Source: Minisyncoccia bacterium
Lineage (GTDB): Bacteria > Patescibacteriota > Minisyncoccia > UBA6257
Assembly: GCA_049699995.1 (NCBI GenBank)
Contig: JBNAWD010000002.1
Coordinates: 1-50,968, forward strand
DNA length: 50,968 nt
Reading direction: 5' to 3'
Shown: piece by piece, positions 49,897 through 50,968 of the stretch
How the letters are laid out: the number at the start of each line of letters is the position of its first letter
Numbering within the stretch: position 1 is the first letter of the stretch
Translations under genes and position numbers: made by a program
Notes under the pieces: model-generated
The model's database searches: none
Told to the model about the DNA's origin: nothing
What the model saw: only the letters and a program-made list of their open reading frames with translations

Positions 49897-50937
49897 ATGA
49901 AAAAAAACAAGGAATACTTTTTGTATTTTCTCCTATTTTTCCTTTCGTTGTTTTCTATTTTTCTAATATTTTTTCCTAAAAATTATCAAGAGTTAAGAAA
50001 AGGTGCTTCTTTCCTTACCAATGTTTACACGATTACCAACTCTAACACAGAAAACTTTGAAGCCCAGAAAGATGAAATAGTCAACAACCAAGAAAACCAA
50101 ATAATAAATTTTTTATTTTTAGGGATTGCTGGTGAAGGTTCCCGAGGAAGTTATCTGACCGATAGCATCTTAATTTTTTCTTTAAATAAAAATAAAAGAA
50201 AAATTTTTCTGATTTCTTTGCCAAGGGACCTATTAGTTCAAGCCCCTGACAAAGATTTTTCAATAAAAATTAATGCTTTGTTTGAATTAGAAAATCAAAG
50301 AAAAAAGGGCTACCAGAATAAAACTTTCGAATATATTACCAAGAAAATTAATCAAATTACTGGTCTAGAAATTTCAGAAACAATTGTTTTGGATTTAGAG
50401 GCAGCAAAATCAATTGTTGACCAACTAGGAGGAATTGATATTTATTTGGAAAAACCGGTTTACGACCCTAATTTAGTTAACCCTCAAAACCCTTCTCAAA
50501 TTTTTTATCTAGAAGCCGGCTGGCGACACCTAAACGGAGATATGTTTCTAAAATTAATAAGGACAAGGTATGCGCCAGAAGGAGACTTTTACCGAATCAA
50601 AAATCAACAAATGCTTCTTATTGCTTTAAAGAATAAAATCGAGCAATTGATAAATAGTTGGAGCATTATCACTTGGCTTCAAATCCTCCAATCTTTATCT
50701 GGCCATTATTTTACTACTCTGAGCCCTTCGGATTTCTTGGATTTAATTAACCTCTTTAAAGAAATAAATAATTATCCTATCGAGAATATTGTTATTGACA
50801 ACCGAAATTCTGGCCTTTTAGTAAGCAGCGGTTATTATGACGGCTTGGGTAAATATGTTTACGCCCTAATACCTAAAGCCGGGTTTGAAAATTATTCAGA
50901 AATTCAAAATTTTATCTTTAAAAAAATCTATGAATAA
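49897..50937 (+). CDS. LytR-CpsA-Psr (LCP) family cell-envelope protein
   Basis: N-terminal TM helix, ..TDSILIFS.N......LISLPRDL.., and ..R.R.....DF.R...Q motifs. Confidence 0.85.
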   Translation: MKKNKEYFLYFLLFFLSLFSIFLIFFPKNYQELRKGASFLTNVYTITNSNTENFEAQKDEIVNNQENQIINFLFLGIAGEGSRGSYLTDSILIFSLNKNKRKIFLISLPRDLLVQAPDKDFSIKINALFELENQRKKGYQNKTFEYITKKINQITGLEISETIVLDLEAAKSIVDQLGGIDIYLEKPVYDPNLVNPQNPSQIFYLEAGWRHLNGDMFLKLIRTRYAPEGDFYRIKNQQMLLIALKNKIEQLINSWSIITWLQILQSLSGHYFTTLSPSDFLDLINLFKEINNYPIENIVIDNRNSGLLVSSGYYDGLGKYVYALIPKAGFENYSEIQNFIFKKIYE

Positions 50938-50968
50938 GATAAAAATTATTTTAGGCCTAGGCAACTCC
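50930..50968 (+). CDS. pth: peptidyl-tRNA hydrolase, first 13 codons only (window end)
   Basis: MNKIKIILGLGNS matches the Pth N-terminal ..L.VGLGNPG signature. It overlaps the LCP stop by 8 nt. Confidence 0.45.
   Translation, partial: MNKIKIILGLGNS

Overview
Strongly AT-rich, tightly packed bacterial chromosome segment, almost all on the minus strand. Gene content and layout look like a reduced-genome Candidate Phyla Radiation (Patescibacteria) bacterium with the standard genetic code. Contents: the 5' ~4/5 of a 23S rRNA with its own promoter; tRNA-Ala(UGC) and tRNA-Ile(GAU) separated from it and from each other by protein genes; rmuC and membrane proteins; a complete rplJ-rplL / tRNA-Val / rpsL-rpsG-fusA-tuf / S10-spc-secY-adk-map ribosomal block with no L30; dprA-topA; parAB; tRNA-Leu; rpsT; a type IV pilus pilB-pilMNO module with comFC; a same-strand run rpsU-ybeY-ftsA-ftsZ-nrdD-nrdG-pfkB kinase-class I aldolase; hisS, lepB, an LCP protein and the first 13 codons of pth. 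I found no CRISPR array, mobile element or recognisable defence or novel multi-gene system. This is essentially core genome. The observations most worth a second look are: (1) topA is cut short inside its last zinc ribbon by an A8 homopolymer, and the rest of the ribbon is intact in the -1 frame; (2) an orphan 101-aa gene upstream of rplJ is bracketed by a 17-nt inverted repeat that pairs perfectly only in the sense RNA; (3) a strong terminator-like hairpin lies inside the S10 operon between rpsJ and rplC; (4) the rrn operon is split open, with five protein genes lying between the spacer tRNAs and the 23S gene; (5) among those genes are a PurF homologue with degenerate glutaminase residues and two tandem hexulose-phosphate-synthase-like paralogues; (6) three AT-rich perfect hairpins are inserted in the 23S rRNA. 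All functional calls rest on motif recognition by eye. No database search was run.
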